Below, piece by piece: positions 1-12,061 of a stretch of 64,000 bases of DNA. Made by a program: the position numbers and the translations under genes. The stretch's first letter is position 1. Each line of letters starts with the position of its first letter. The stretch comes from Octopus sinensis (Eukaryota), in NCBI RefSeq assembly GCF_006345805.1, contig NC_043013.1, positions 26,970,001 through 27,034,000 of the forward strand. Direction: 5' to 3'. The notes under the pieces were generated by a model that searched no databases, was not told where the DNA came from, and worked only from the letters and a program-made list of their open reading frames with translations.

Positions 1-1427
1 ACCTTTCATCCTTTCAGGGTCAATAAAATAAAGTACTGGTTAACAATGATGGAAATTCAGGAATATACTGGCACTTGGTGTTCCCTTGCTCTTCATCTCA
101 CAGGTAGTGAGGGTGAGGTTAAAACATCTAACTCTAACTCTTTTTAGCTTTGGCTACATAGACCTTAAACTGCCTCTAGTTCCCAAAATTCATTTACATC
201 AATACTAAATGCGTATTGCAGAAGCAGAAAATACCAGTTCTATGTTTTGGTGGCTAATTAACATCATTAAGGGAAAGGTCATGAAATTTAATTATGCATT
301 CAAAGGGTTAAGGATAACTACATCACTTGTCTTTCCTCTTTTTTAAGAAAGTAGGGTATGATTTGAGAGAAGTTTGGCTGCTACTTCGAATAGGTCAAGC
401 AATCCCCCCTAACTGGTCCATTGTTAGTTCATGGTTTTGTTGTCATTGCCATTTAACCCCAGGTTAGTCAAGATCAAGCAGATCAATGATCGAAGGAGTC
501 CCAAGCCATTATTCATTTTTTTATCAAGACATATATTTAGGCCCACATTTTAAAATATGTCCCTTTTTTAAAACATGATTGGGTGTTAATTTAAGAAAGA
601 TTTGGTTATTATGTTTAGCAAACCATGGGGCTGCATAAATGGTGCCTTCACAGAGTTAATAGCAGCAGAATCTTCAAAGGAATCATGCAGCAGAAGCTCC
701 TGTCTTCAAAGTGATGTTAACTCTTCAAGAATTTTCAAATAAAAAAGAAAAATTCCTGTTAACACTAATAGAAGCCACAATAATCATGATGATAACAATA
801 ATAATAATAATCATAATAATAATAATAACTACAGCAACATCGTCATCAATGACAAAAACAATAACAACAATTAGATTGTTGTTGCAGCAATAATAATATA
901 AGCAATATAAAAGATGATTAGTTTAGCTTTCAAATATATTTCTTTCTTCCTCAGTTTCATCCTTTCATCAATTCTTTTATTTCTCGTTAGAATTAACAAA
1001 GAAGAAATGGGATCAGAGCTATGGGAATTGGTCATACTATAAACCCCACCTCTCCATCACACTCACTGTTATGTGTGTGTGTATATGTATGCATATATAT
1101 ATATATTTACTCGTGTATATTCACACATACACACTCAATATAACATAAATATGAGTTGCAATCAACAGATAGTAGCAATCTGATATTTTCTAGAAATAAC
1201 TAATCTCATAAGCGACAAACAGAAAATCATGCTATGCACTGGCTCAATAACAAGAATTGGCTACCTGTACTATTGTGGTCCTCTCTCCCATACTTTAACC
1301 CCACATCTCCTAGTGCAATATTATCTCCCCACTTCTCTTTATTGTAGCTCCCTTCAGTTGAAAGGGATCATAGTTCTGGTGACCTCACTAATGCTGGTGC
1401 CATGAAAAACACAACCAGTACACTCTA

Positions 1428-1647
1428 CAAAGAGTTGCTGAAAATTTCCTGGCTTTGGGTGAAAGCAAATACTGATGGATCAGTTAATTAATAATAATTT
1501 TCTCAACATATTCCCCTCTCAGATTCACGCACTTTTTGCAGCAGTCCTTCAGTTTTCCTAAACCCTGTAAAAGAACTCAGAAGGTTGGGCCTCCAACCAA
1601 GTCTTTCATGATATCCTTAAAGCTAGAAACTTTTCAGCAATCCCTTG
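1428..1647. mobile_element. Mariner-derived MITE, copy 1 of a tandem pair inserted into an RTE-tail fragment
   Basis: TA-flanked imperfect TIRs (..GTTGCTGAAAATTTCCTGGCTTT / AAAGCTAGAAACTTTTCAGCAATCCCTTG). The minus strand encodes a mariner C-terminal remnant (LKDCCKKCVNLRGEYVE). Confidence 0.75.
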
Positions 1648-1671
1648 TATACAAACATACATATAAATATA

Positions 1672-1883
1672 TGAGGAGGTGCTGAAAATTTCCTGGCTTT
1701 GGGTAAGAGAAAATACTGGCAAATAGTTATGATTTTATTCAACATATTCCCCTCTCAGATTCACATACTTATTGCAATGGTCCTTCAGTTTTTCTCAGTG
1801 CTATAAAAGAACTTATAAGGTTAGGCTTCGAACCAGGTCTTTCATGATACCCTTAGAGCCAAGGATTTTTCAGCACTCCCTCA
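1672..1883. mobile_element. Mariner-derived MITE, copy 2 (other copies ~15364-15580, 35427-36194, ~60655-60862)
   Basis: TA|TGAGGAGGTGCTGAAAATTTCCTGGCTTT ... GCCAAGGATTTTTCAGCACTCCCTCA|TA. The internal sequence is shared with the other copies. Confidence 0.75.
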
Positions 1884-2240
1884 TATAAAGAGGTTGGCAT
1901 TAAGAAAGGTATCTAGCCATAGAAACTGTACTAAAGCAGATATTACAGCATGATGCAATCCTTGGGCCTTTCACATCTTGTCTGATCATGGCATTTGGCC
2001 ATTAAGAAATGATGTCATTTGATTAGAGATCTGTATCAGTGAATGACCAACCTTGTTACCTTTATTTTATTTTGCTTATTTCAGTCATTAGGTTGCGGTC
2101 ATGCTGGGGCACCACATTGAAGAAATTTTAGTTGATCCCAGTGCTCATTTTATTCCATTTTTATTGTAAGTCTTGTACTTATTCTATCAGTGTTTGTGTG
2201 TATGTGTGTCAGGTAAAAATTTGAAAGTCTACACACTTCT

Positions 2241-2454
2241 TTTCTACTCTAGGCACAAGGCCTGAAATTTTGGGGGAGGAATCCAGTTGATTAGATCAAC
2301 CCCAGTATGCAACAGGTACTTAATTTATCGAGCCTGAGAGAATGAAAAGCAAAGTCAACCTCAGCGGAATTTGAACTCAGGATGTGAAGACAGACAAAAT
2401 ACCGCTAAGCATTCCACCCGGCGTGCTAACATTTCTGCCAGCTCGTTGCCTTAA
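2241..2454 (-). mobile_element. tRNA-derived SINE with Nin/Deu-like central domain, tail type A
   Basis: A box (AGCTGGCAGAAATG) and B box (GAGTTCAAATTCC), core GGTTGACTTTGCTTTTCAT..GATAAATTAAGTACC, and a 17-bp TSD AAAGTCTACACACTTCT at 2224-2240 and 2455-2471. Further copies at ~23445-23657, 58420-58630 and 59031-59243. Confidence 0.85.
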
Positions 2455-2528
2455 AAAGTCTACACACTTCTGACATGATTGTATTTCAAGTTTTTTATGT
2501 CATTTTACCACTAAACAAGGACAATATA

Positions 2529-2710
2529 TAAAAAGCACCCACTACACTCACGGAGTGGTTGGCGTTAGGAAGGGCATCCAGCCGTAGAAACACTGCCAAA
2601 TCTGACTGGGCCTGATGAAGCCTTGCGGCTTCACAGACCCCAGTTAAACCGTCCAACCCATGCTAGCATGGAAAACGGACGCTAAATGATGATGATGATG
2701 ATGATGATGA
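2529..2710 (+). mobile_element. Isolated 3' tail of the RTE LINE family with (GAT)n end (also ~4420-4610, 10080-10240, 10455-10640, 40867-41255(-), 53950-54140(-), 55620-55920, 56683-56875)
   Basis: Near-identical to 13145-13325, which directly follows RTE ORF2 and its 3' UTR. Motif GGTTGGCGTTAGGAAGGGCATCCAGC..CCATGCTAGCATGGAAA..(GAT)n. Confidence 0.8.
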
Positions 2711-2734
2711 TATATATATATATATATTATATAT

Positions 2735-2915
2735 AGTTGAAATTTACAGAAAAACAAAAGATGAAGACAGGTGTATGAACAACAAGCAGGTGTATTAGTT
2801 TGATGCTCAGGAAAGTGAGAAACTCTTTTACATTTCAAGCCTATGCTCTTCAGCAGAAAGGAATAAGAGAAAATAAACAGAGAGAGAATTTTTTAAAATT
2901 GTGGATTTAGCGGTT
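2735..2915 (-). mobile_element. Non-autonomous Penelope-like repeat, family A (also ~5175-5355(-), 7900-8072(+), 30780-31120(+), 40320-40495(+))
   Basis: Five related copies abut (TA)n tracts. Each carries a minimal hammerhead-like motif CTTT-CTGNNGA-A-GAGC-GTAG-GCTC-GAAACGTA-AAAG, most decayed in the 40.3 kb copy. Confidence 0.6.
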
Positions 2916-2994
2916 GTCTTTATTTAGTAGTACAATAACATAAGGATATATATATATATATAATTGTATATATATACATATATACAAATATATG

Positions 2995-3045
<51 letters not shown>

Positions 3046-3104
3046 ATCTCAAGAGAAATTTAAAGAAGAACATTACAATCGAGAAGGTGAATCACAATGA
3101 CCTT

Positions 3105-3376
3105 TTTGTGTGCACAGTTTGTGACAGACCATGCCTTTCTTTTTCTGGGCTCAAATCTTATTTGTGAACCCATGAAAAATGAACCTCCACCATAAATCTG
3201 TGCACACCTTTCAATGCCATAAGGTCTGCAAATCTAACAGAGGCCTCAAGAGACATTTTAAGATCCACAAAGATCAGAACTTAACTGCAGCTCTTGGTGG
3301 TCCAAATCGTATGTGCAATCTACATGGGTGTCTTCTCAATATATTGTCTGGTTTAAGAAGCCACATTAGATGACAT
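3105..3376 (+). pseudogene. Decayed triple C2H2 zinc-finger segment, probably a LINE ORF2 C-terminus
   Basis: FVCTVCDRPCLSFSGLKSYL*TH, FQC..HKVCKSNRGLKRHFKIH and CNLHGCLLNILSGLRSHIR*H. TGA stops fall at expected Arg (CGA) positions and there is a frameshift between fingers. Confidence 0.65.
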
Positions 3377-3544
3377 GATGGATCTAAGGTGTGGGTACAT
3401 GTATGTATGTGCTCATATGTCAGAGAATGAGAGCGATTAAAATGGAGAAAGAAAGAGTTTGTGTGTGAGAGACAGACAGACAAATATTTTACAAATTTTT
3501 TCTTCTTTTATTATAGATTCACTTTGACCTAATTTTAGTAGTTT

Positions 3545-3940
3545 TTCTTTTATTTGTTTCAGTCATTTGATTACGACCATGCTGGAGCACCGCCTTTAGT
3601 CAAACAAATCAACCCCAGGACCTATTCTTTATAAGCTTAGTACTTATTCTATTGGTCTCTTTTGCTGAACTGCTAAATTACGGGAATGTGAACACACCAA
3701 CATCAGTTGTTAAGCAATGGTTGAGGGACAAACACAGACACACACACAAATACACACACACACATATATGTATATACGTTGGGCTCCTTTCAGTTTTCGT
3801 CAACCAAATCCAATCACAAGGCTTTGGTCGGCCCGAGGCTATAGTGAAAGACACTTGCCCAAGGTGCCACACAGTGGGACTGAACCCAAAACCATGTGGT
3901 TGGTAAGCAAGCTACTTACCACACAGCTACTCCTGCACCT
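3545..3940 (-). mobile_element. tRNA-derived SINE family 2 (octopus-type). Other copies at ~8327-8560, 10692-11037, 11367-11495, 11882-12030, 32266-32425, 34510-34635, 60055-60615, 61066-61410, 63795-64000
   Basis: Head GCTGTGTGGTAAGTAGCTTGC..GGTTCAGTCCCACTG, then GGCACCTTGGGCAAGTGTCTT, an internal (TG)n tract, and tail GGTGCTCCAGCATGG..AAATGACTGAAACAA. Confidence 0.85.
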
Positions 3941-4359
3941 ATTGTTGAACAGTTATTCAAACATTGAATATAAACTTGTTTAAAGGCCATTTCTTGAACC
4001 GCTGGTGCTGAGGTCATTATCTCCACCATTTAACCATTAAAGCATTCTGAGAACACACCTACAGTGTCATATTAAAATATTGATGCTTTAGTTTGGATCA
4101 AAAATCCATTCAACAAAATCTTTCATCTAGATTAAAGAATTATTGACAATAGAAATTTAATGTTCTGAAATTTTGAATAGTTTGTTTTTAATTATCTATT
4201 AATATTTTTATTTAATTATCTTTTATCTCTTAGTTGTTTCTGTGATTGGATGGTGGCCATACTGGGGCACCAGCTTGAAGAATTTAGCAGAACAAATTGA
4301 CCTCGGTACTTGTTTTTTTTAAAGCCTGGTACTTATGGTGGAAGAACAAACACAAACTC

Positions 4360-4392
<33 letters not shown>

Positions 4393-5038
4393 TGCACATA
4401 CACACATACCTGCAGACTGCATGACAACCTCAGTAGTGCAGGTGACATGAAAACCAAAGCAGCCAGTCCATGCTGTAAGGCTTTTGGTGTTAGTTAGGAC
4501 ATCAGGCTGTAGAAATCATACCAAAGGAAACATTGGAGCACAAGGAGGTCCTTGGACCCATCGGATTCTGTCTAACCCATGCCAGTATGGAACATGGACG
4601 TTAAATGATTATGAAATGTACATACATACTGCACTTGTATTATTATTTCATCATGTTACATTCATCTAATTGTTGAAAGACTCTTTATTTGTAAATGTAC
4701 AATTATTTTCGTTTTGCTGTATAGCTGAAAGGAGTTTGTCTGCTATATGTGTTTAATTCTAACTTTCTTGTTCTTGTTTCCATTCTTGTATACATTCATT
4801 TGCTTTTCCCAGAAGCTTAATGCTCTGACACTTGCCAGATTTGAGTAGTCTCAAGAGTAAAAAAAGCATGAAACTGCAATGACTTTCCGGACGCTGACTG
4901 ACAAGAAAATCAGCTGCAAATGGTCCGTGTATCTTGTTTTTATTCAGTCTCCCATTTGTTATGTTATCGTTTATTTTTCCGTATGTTGTTTTTGTTGGAT
5001 TTCCACTTGTGTTTTTTCTGTCCTTCGTTTATATATAT

Positions 5039-5170
<132 letters not shown>

Positions 5171-6163
5171 GTAGGTAGAGTTTACGAAAAAAACAGAAGA
5201 CGAAGACAGGTGATGTACAAAACAAACAGATGTATTAGTATAACGCTCAGGAATAGAAAAAGTCTTTTACGTTTCAAGCCTACGCTCTTCTACAGAAAGG
5301 GACACAGAAAAAAACAAGGAGAGAAAAAATGTGTGTAGTGGCTAACGATCTATCATATATAGATAGATAGGTAGGTAGGCAGGTAGGCAGGCAGGCAGGT
5401 AAAACAAAGTTATTTTATTTAGCATGGGTAGAAATATAGGTAAAATAGAAGTTGAAAAGCCACTGGGAATATTTAAAATATTTTTTTATTATTATATTTA
5501 AAGAGTTAACCAGTTTCACAGTTTACACTGATTTTCAAAAAGTTCAAATAGAAAAAGACATGGCTTATGTCACAGCTGTCTTGCTTCTGAAGAGTGTTTG
5601 AAGCTTTCTCTATTTTTAAAGGGAGTTCATGGCTCAAATTAGTATATGTTATGAATAGGATTTGACTGGTAAAGGATAGTCACATGACTGATCTTAGAAA
5701 TGTTTGTAGGTTCCCTGCTATGACCATGTGTTAGTATCAAGTGATAATATTTGGTGTGGTAAGTTAAGGCTGACACAGTTGACTGAACATTTCTGTCCAC
5801 AGCACCAAACAATTAATGCTCTGAATGTTTTCAGTCAATTGTCTGTAGAGAATGAACACCTGATTAAGTTTAGAACCTTTTGTAGATTTCCTGCTACAGT
5901 ATATTTGCACCTAAAATGAAGATCAACATGGTTGAGTGAACATGTTTAGTTACAATCAAGGCACTCTCAATGCTAATATCAGACAGTGGGAATGAGTGCT
6001 CAACCCTACATTGGTGGATAAATATTCTTTGTTTGTGGGTTAACAAGGCAACCAATAGCTCCAAAATGAAGATGAATACCAACACTTCCATGTGATACAT
6101 TTGAATAATTGTGAAAATCTGTTTTAATGAAACAATTGGTTGCCTTGTTAACCCACAAATAAA

Positions 6164-6210
<47 letters not shown>

Positions 6211-6369
6211 CAAACACACACATGCATGCATACATACACACACTGAACTTCCTGACAGTTTTCACCTACCACATCCACTCCCAAAGTTTTGCTCAAGGTA
6301 CCACACAGTGAACCAAAAGCCACTTGGTTGGAAAGTGAACTTCTTAACCAGATAGTCATGCTTGCACCT

Positions 6370-6605
6370 TGGAGTCGAGCCGGCAGAAACGTTAGCACGC
6401 CAGGCGAAATGCTTAGCAGTATTTCGTCTGCCCTTACGTCCTGAGTTCAAATTCCGCCGAGGTCGACTTTGCCTTTCATCCTTTCGGGGTCGATAAATTA
6501 AGTACCAGTTATGCACTGCGGTCGATGTAATCGACTTAATCCGTTTGTCTGTCCTTGTTTGTCCCCTCTGTGTTTAGCCCCTTGTGGGTAGTAAAGAAAT
6601 AAGTA
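6370..6605 (+). mobile_element. Nin/Deu-domain SINE, tail type B (Tx1-like LINE tail). Also ~8712-8870, 22536-22767, 34293-34502, 56277-56499 (all minus)
   Basis: Same head and core as 2241-2454, but ends TTTGTCCCCTCTGTGTTTAGCCCCTTGTGGGTAGTAAAGAAA. The 56277-56499 copy has a 15-bp TSD TTTGAAATCATTATT. Confidence 0.85.
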
Positions 6606-6975
6606 TTTCAACACAATTCATCTATGGATAAAGCTGCATTCTCCTTTATTAATAATCAAAAGGATCTAATTATTTATTCATTTAAGTATTATTTTCAATC
6701 TGCTTCTCTATGTTTGTTTTAATTATGGCAGCAATTGTTTCTTTACAGTGATATGCCTTTTCTATTTGATGTCTGTTAACCATCCAAAACTAGAGAAAGC
6801 AGAGTTTGGTACCTTGCATAGAAGTAATTCCATGAATTGGATGGTAGTAAGATCTGAACTTGTGTATAATAATGTAGTCAGTAGTCTGTGTGTGCCTGAG
6901 TATATATTGCATATGTGAATATCTATCTATCTATCTGTCTGTCTGTCTATTTATCCGTCTACTTATCTATCTATC

Positions 6976-7018
<43 letters not shown>

Positions 7019-9429
7019 ATCTACTTGTAATTATGAATATGTGAGTGTGTATACTTATACACAAACACATACAGATGGATGTAAAATAGATAGATAGTTA
7101 GATAGATAGACATACACACACAAATGCATACATATTTAATGTAGGTATAAAACAGGGACATTTTTCCCATTTTTTTAATCAAATTTGTTTACAGTCAGTG
7201 AGGTGAAAAAAAACGGCACCATATTAACATCTCTATGTATAGATTCAGAGAAATCCAAAATAGTTGTGTAGTTGTGCAAGAAAATTACCCACAATTAAAG
7301 ATGGCTGTCTTGTTCAAGGAGAGTCATCAGAGAGAGAAAAAATATATATCTAGGAGAACTATAACATAGATTAAAAACACGGCTTATAAGAAAATATTCT
7401 ATAAATATCATAAAAAAGAAAACAAAACAGAAAATGATTTCTAAGACATCTTTCAAGTATTCATGAAAGAACCAACTTAAAACGATGATTATTTTCCCTC
7501 ATTTATTTTTTGTTTTTATTTACATTTATTAAATTATTTGTTTATTTGTTGAAGTTATATTATTGTCTCTGCACCAGGATAAAGCTGTAGCCATTGATGG
7601 ATTCTTAGTGTTAATGCTAACACCAGTTGGAGGTCAGAGAAAAAAAAATTGGTCACTAGAGAATAGCAATAATCCTCAATTCAAATTACAGAATATGATA
7701 GTGGTTGATGTTGCATTAGTGCAGTATATATACACACACACATACATACATACATGTAAATATATCTAATATATAATAAATGTATGTGTACTATATGCAT
7801 ATCATATATATATTTCATGTATGTATATTATGTTTCTATCTATCTATCTATCTATCTGTGTGTATGTATGTATGTATATATATATATATATATATATATT
7901 GCTAACCACTACACATTCTTTATTTTCTCTCATTGTTTCTTTCTGTGGAAGAGTGTAGGCTCGAAAGGTTAAAGACTTTTTCATTTCTCGAGGGTTAAAC
8001 TAATACATATGTTTGTTGTCTATACAACCTGTCTTCATCTTTTGTTGTTTTTTTTTTTTGTGAATTCTCCTTATATATATATATATTAATATTTGTTTTT
8101 ATGTTCAGTTATATAAACAATTTTATATTAACCTGAAGGATTGCTCCATTACTCCATACTTCTGTGGAGTACAAATTTATTATTCTTTAATTAACAACAG
8201 TATTGACATTGATTTTGAAGTTTTGGCTGGTTAACTTATCATCAGACTGTCTAATGATTGCTTAAGCTTGCCAAAACTTCCAAGTCACCGTTGATGCTAT
8301 TCTTGTTAAAGAATATTATTTATATAGGCACAGGAGTGGCTGTGTTGTAAGAAGCTTGCTTCCCAACCACATGGTTCCAGGTTCAGTGCTACTGTGTGGC
8401 ACCTTAGGCAAGTGTCTTCTACTATAGCCTCGGGCCAACCAAAGCCTTGTGAGTGGATTTGGTAGATAGAAACTGGAAGAAGCCCATCATATATATGTGT
8501 GTGTGTGTGTATGCGTGTATGTGCTTGTGTGTCTGTGTTTGTACCCCCACCAAATAAAAAATAAATGTTGATACCCTGTGCTGGCACCACATGCAAAGTA
8601 CCTGTGCCAGTGCTATGTAAAGAAGCACCCATGTTGGCACTACATAAAAAGCACCTAATACATTCTGTAAAGTGGTTGGCATTAGAAAGAGCATCAAATC
8701 ATAAACACAAATGTATTTCTTTACTGCCCACAAGGGGCTAAACATAGAGGGGACAAACAAGAACAAAGGGATTAAGTTGATTACATCGACCCCAGTGGGA
8801 AACTGGTACTTTATTTATCGACCCCAAAGGGATGAAAGGCAAAGTCGACCTTGGCGCAATTTGAACTCAATGACTGGGCCATGGTATAGCCCTCCGACTT
8901 GCCAGCTCCTCTCAAACCATCCAACCCAAACAGTTATTAAATGATGATGAAGATATAAAGAAGGAGTAATAGAGGTCATTAGTAGCAATGTAATGCAAGC
9001 AACACCAAAGACCCAGTTTCCAGCAAAGTGGTAGAACAAATAAATAAATAAACAAATAATATTTTTATTCTTGCTAAATAAAGTCAAACTCAGAATTATG
9101 CCAGTGTCATAAATATTGGAAAATTTCATATCTTCCAAACTCATATATTTTTTATCTACCATCTTGACTTTGCTATTTTTGACAACTTTTATCTATTTTT
9201 ATTTTGAGAATTCTTTAGTAAATATAATCGCAGAGCATTATAAATTTTAAACAATAATAGAAAATGACCATTTTCATTACATTCTTTATTTGATTAAGAA
9301 TTAACTCGAAATTAATGTCTGATACCTCCGGCTTAATACGTCTCAATTTTTACTGCCAGTAGTTTTGTTGTCTTGCCAGTGTGTGTGTACGCACATGTGT
9401 GCACATGTGCTTTTGTGTGTGTATATATA

Positions 9430-9466
<37 letters not shown>

Positions 9467-9625
9467 TATATATATATATAATATATATATATATATAGAA
9501 AGATATATATATATATATAGAAAGAGAGAGAGAGAGGTATCATGTTCACGTGTGTGTGTGTACACACATTGGCAAGATTATATACTTATATTTGTGTGTA
9601 TATATATTTATGAATATATGTTTGT

Positions 9626-9946
9626 GAAGGCACGTGGCTCAGTGGTTAGGACATTTGGCTCGTGATTGTAAGGTCATGTGTTCAATTCCTGGTGATGCGT
9701 TGTGTCCTTGAGCAAGACACTTTATTTCACATTGCTCCAGTCCACTCGGCTGGCAAAAATGAGTTGTACCTGTATTTCAAAGGGCCAGCCCTGTCACACT
9801 CTGTGTCACGCTGAATCTCCCTGAGAACTACGTTAGGGGGTACACGTGTCTGTGGATTGCTCAGTCACTTGCACGTTAATTTCACGAGCATGTTGTTCCA
9901 TTGATTGTATCAGCTGGGAATCTCGTCATCGTAACCAACGGAGTGC
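9626..9946 (+). mobile_element. tRNA-derived SINE family 3 (CORE-like). Related copies at ~13517-13773(-), 32457-32770, 41329-41630
   Basis: A box TGGCTCAGTGG, B box GTTCAATTCC, followed by TTGTGTCCTTGAGCAAGACACTTTA. Confidence 0.8.
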
Positions 9947-10009
9947 TCCTTTTTTTTTTATATGTTTGTATATATGTATATATATTTATGTTTATATGCA
10001 TGCATACAT

Positions 10010-10045
<36 letters not shown>

Positions 10046-10657
10046 TATATATATGTTTATATGTAGATAGATAGATGTCCACAACACTCTACTCAGTGGT
10101 TGGTGTTAGGAAGGGCATCCAGCCATAAAATCCTTGCCAAAACAGACTCAGAATTTTGGTGCAGTCTTCTGCCTGGTCAGCTCCCATCAAACCGTCCAAC
10201 CCATGCCAGCATAGAAAGCAGATGTTAAACAATGATGATGTATGTATGTTTATACATATAAAAATTATAGATACTGAGCATCTTTCTCCTCTCTGTCACC
10301 TTTTCTCCTACTAAACGCGAATAGCCATGCTTAAACTCTACAAGAAGCTGCTCTGATCCCACTTTCTCCCATTCTTTAATTTCTCATCCACTAACATGAA
10401 GCTGACAACCCATAACCCACCTCCTCCATTATCTTGCTGGTTGAATGGCAGATTGCATGTACAAAAGCACCCACTACATTATGTAAGGTGGTTGTCATTA
10501 GGAAGGGCATCCAGTCATAGAAACCATACTAAAGCTGACACTAAAGCACAGTACAGTTCTTGGCCCTATCAGATCCTGTCAAACTGTCCAACCCATGGCA
10601 GCATCAAGGAGAATGCTGATGAAGATGATAATGATGATCATGGTTTAATATTGTGTT

Positions 10658-10691
<34 letters not shown>

Positions 10692-11586
10692 GGCACAGGA
10701 GCGGCTGTGTAGTAAGTAGCTTGCTTACCAACCACATGGTTCTGGGTTCAGTCCCACTGTGTGGCACCTTGAGCAAGTGTCTTCTACAATAACCTCGGGC
10801 CAATTAAAGCCTTGTGAGTGGATTTGATAGATGGAAACTGAAAGCAGCCCGCCGTGTGTGTATGTGTTTGTCCTGCCACCATCGCTTGACAACCAATGTT
10901 GGTGAGCTCACGTCCCTCAAAAGAGACCAATAAGAATAAGTACTAGGCTTACAAAGAATAAGTCCTGTGGTTGATTTGTTCGACTAAAGGCAGTGCTCCA
11001 GCAAGGCTGCAGTCAAATGACTGACACAAATAAAAGAATATATACACATATATGTCTTTATATACATATCTGGATATATATAATTATATTTAATGTATAT
11101 ATTTGTATAAGGCAGTGTGCTGACAGAAACGTTAGCACGCCAGACAAAATGCTTAGAGGTATTTCGCCTATCTTTATATTCTGAGTTCAAATTCTGTGGA
11201 GGTCAACTTTGCTTTTCATCCTTTCAGGATCGATAAATTAAGTACCAGTTATGTACTGGTGTCAATCTAATTCACTATCCCTGAAATGATTGACACATTT
11301 GTGTGTGTGTGTGTATGTATATATATATATATATTATATATATATATATACATATATATGAATATAGGTGTGGCTGTGTGGTAAGAAGCTTGCTTCCCAA
11401 TGACATGGTTCCAGGTTCAGTCTTCTGCTATAGCCTCAGGCCGACCAAAGCCTTGTGAGTAGATTTGGTAGACAGAAACTGAAAGAAGCCCATTGTATAT
11501 ATATATAAGTAGGTGAATGAATTATCCTAGTATGGATAATTCGGTTAATCGTTACCTGGGTAGCAAATTCATGTCAGAAATATGTA

Positions 11587-11884
11587 TTAGGTTGTCAAGA
11601 AAGTTCTTGTGGTTTTTAACCTTTAAATTCAGATGCACATATCTTGGCTCAAACAAAACTTTATTAATCAAAATAAACACCATCAGAATCAGCACACTTT
11701 TGCCAATGTGAAACAAATTTATTTATGCCAATAGCGTAAAAATCCTGCATTCTGGTGGCGATGAAGTTGTTGAAGGCCTGTTTGGTATTGTCTTTGTTTT
11801 TGAAGCATTTCTCATGCAGGAAGTTGTCAAGATGCTTGAAAAAGTGGTAGTCAGTAGGCGAGAGGTCTGGTGAGTATGGCGGTG
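11587..11884 (-). mobile_element. Mariner (Hsmar1/cecropia-like) transposon 3' fragment
   Basis: The minus strand reads PPYSPDLSPTDYHFFKHLDNFLHEKCFKNKDNTKQAFNNFIATRMQDFYAIGINKFVSHWQKCADSDGVYFD* (stop 11664-11666). TIR TA|TTAGGTTGTCAAGAAAGTTCTTGTGGTTTTT. Confidence 0.9.
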
Positions 11885-12061
11885 TTTAGGTCCCTGTAAC
11901 TTAGCGGTTCGGCAAAAGATACCAATAGAATAAGTACTAGGCTTACAAAGAATAAGTCCTGGGATCGATTTGATTCGACTAAAGGCGGTGCTCCAGCATG
12001 GCTGCAGTCAAATGACTGAAACAAGTAAAAGATATATATATATATATAGAAAGAGAGAGAG

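Noticed and set aside
2608-2640. Hammerhead at CTGATGAAGCC-TTGC-GGCTTC (also CTGACGA at ~13228)
   Set aside because: The stem is followed by ACAG rather than GAAA and there is no stem I or III. It is a plain hairpin in the RTE tail.
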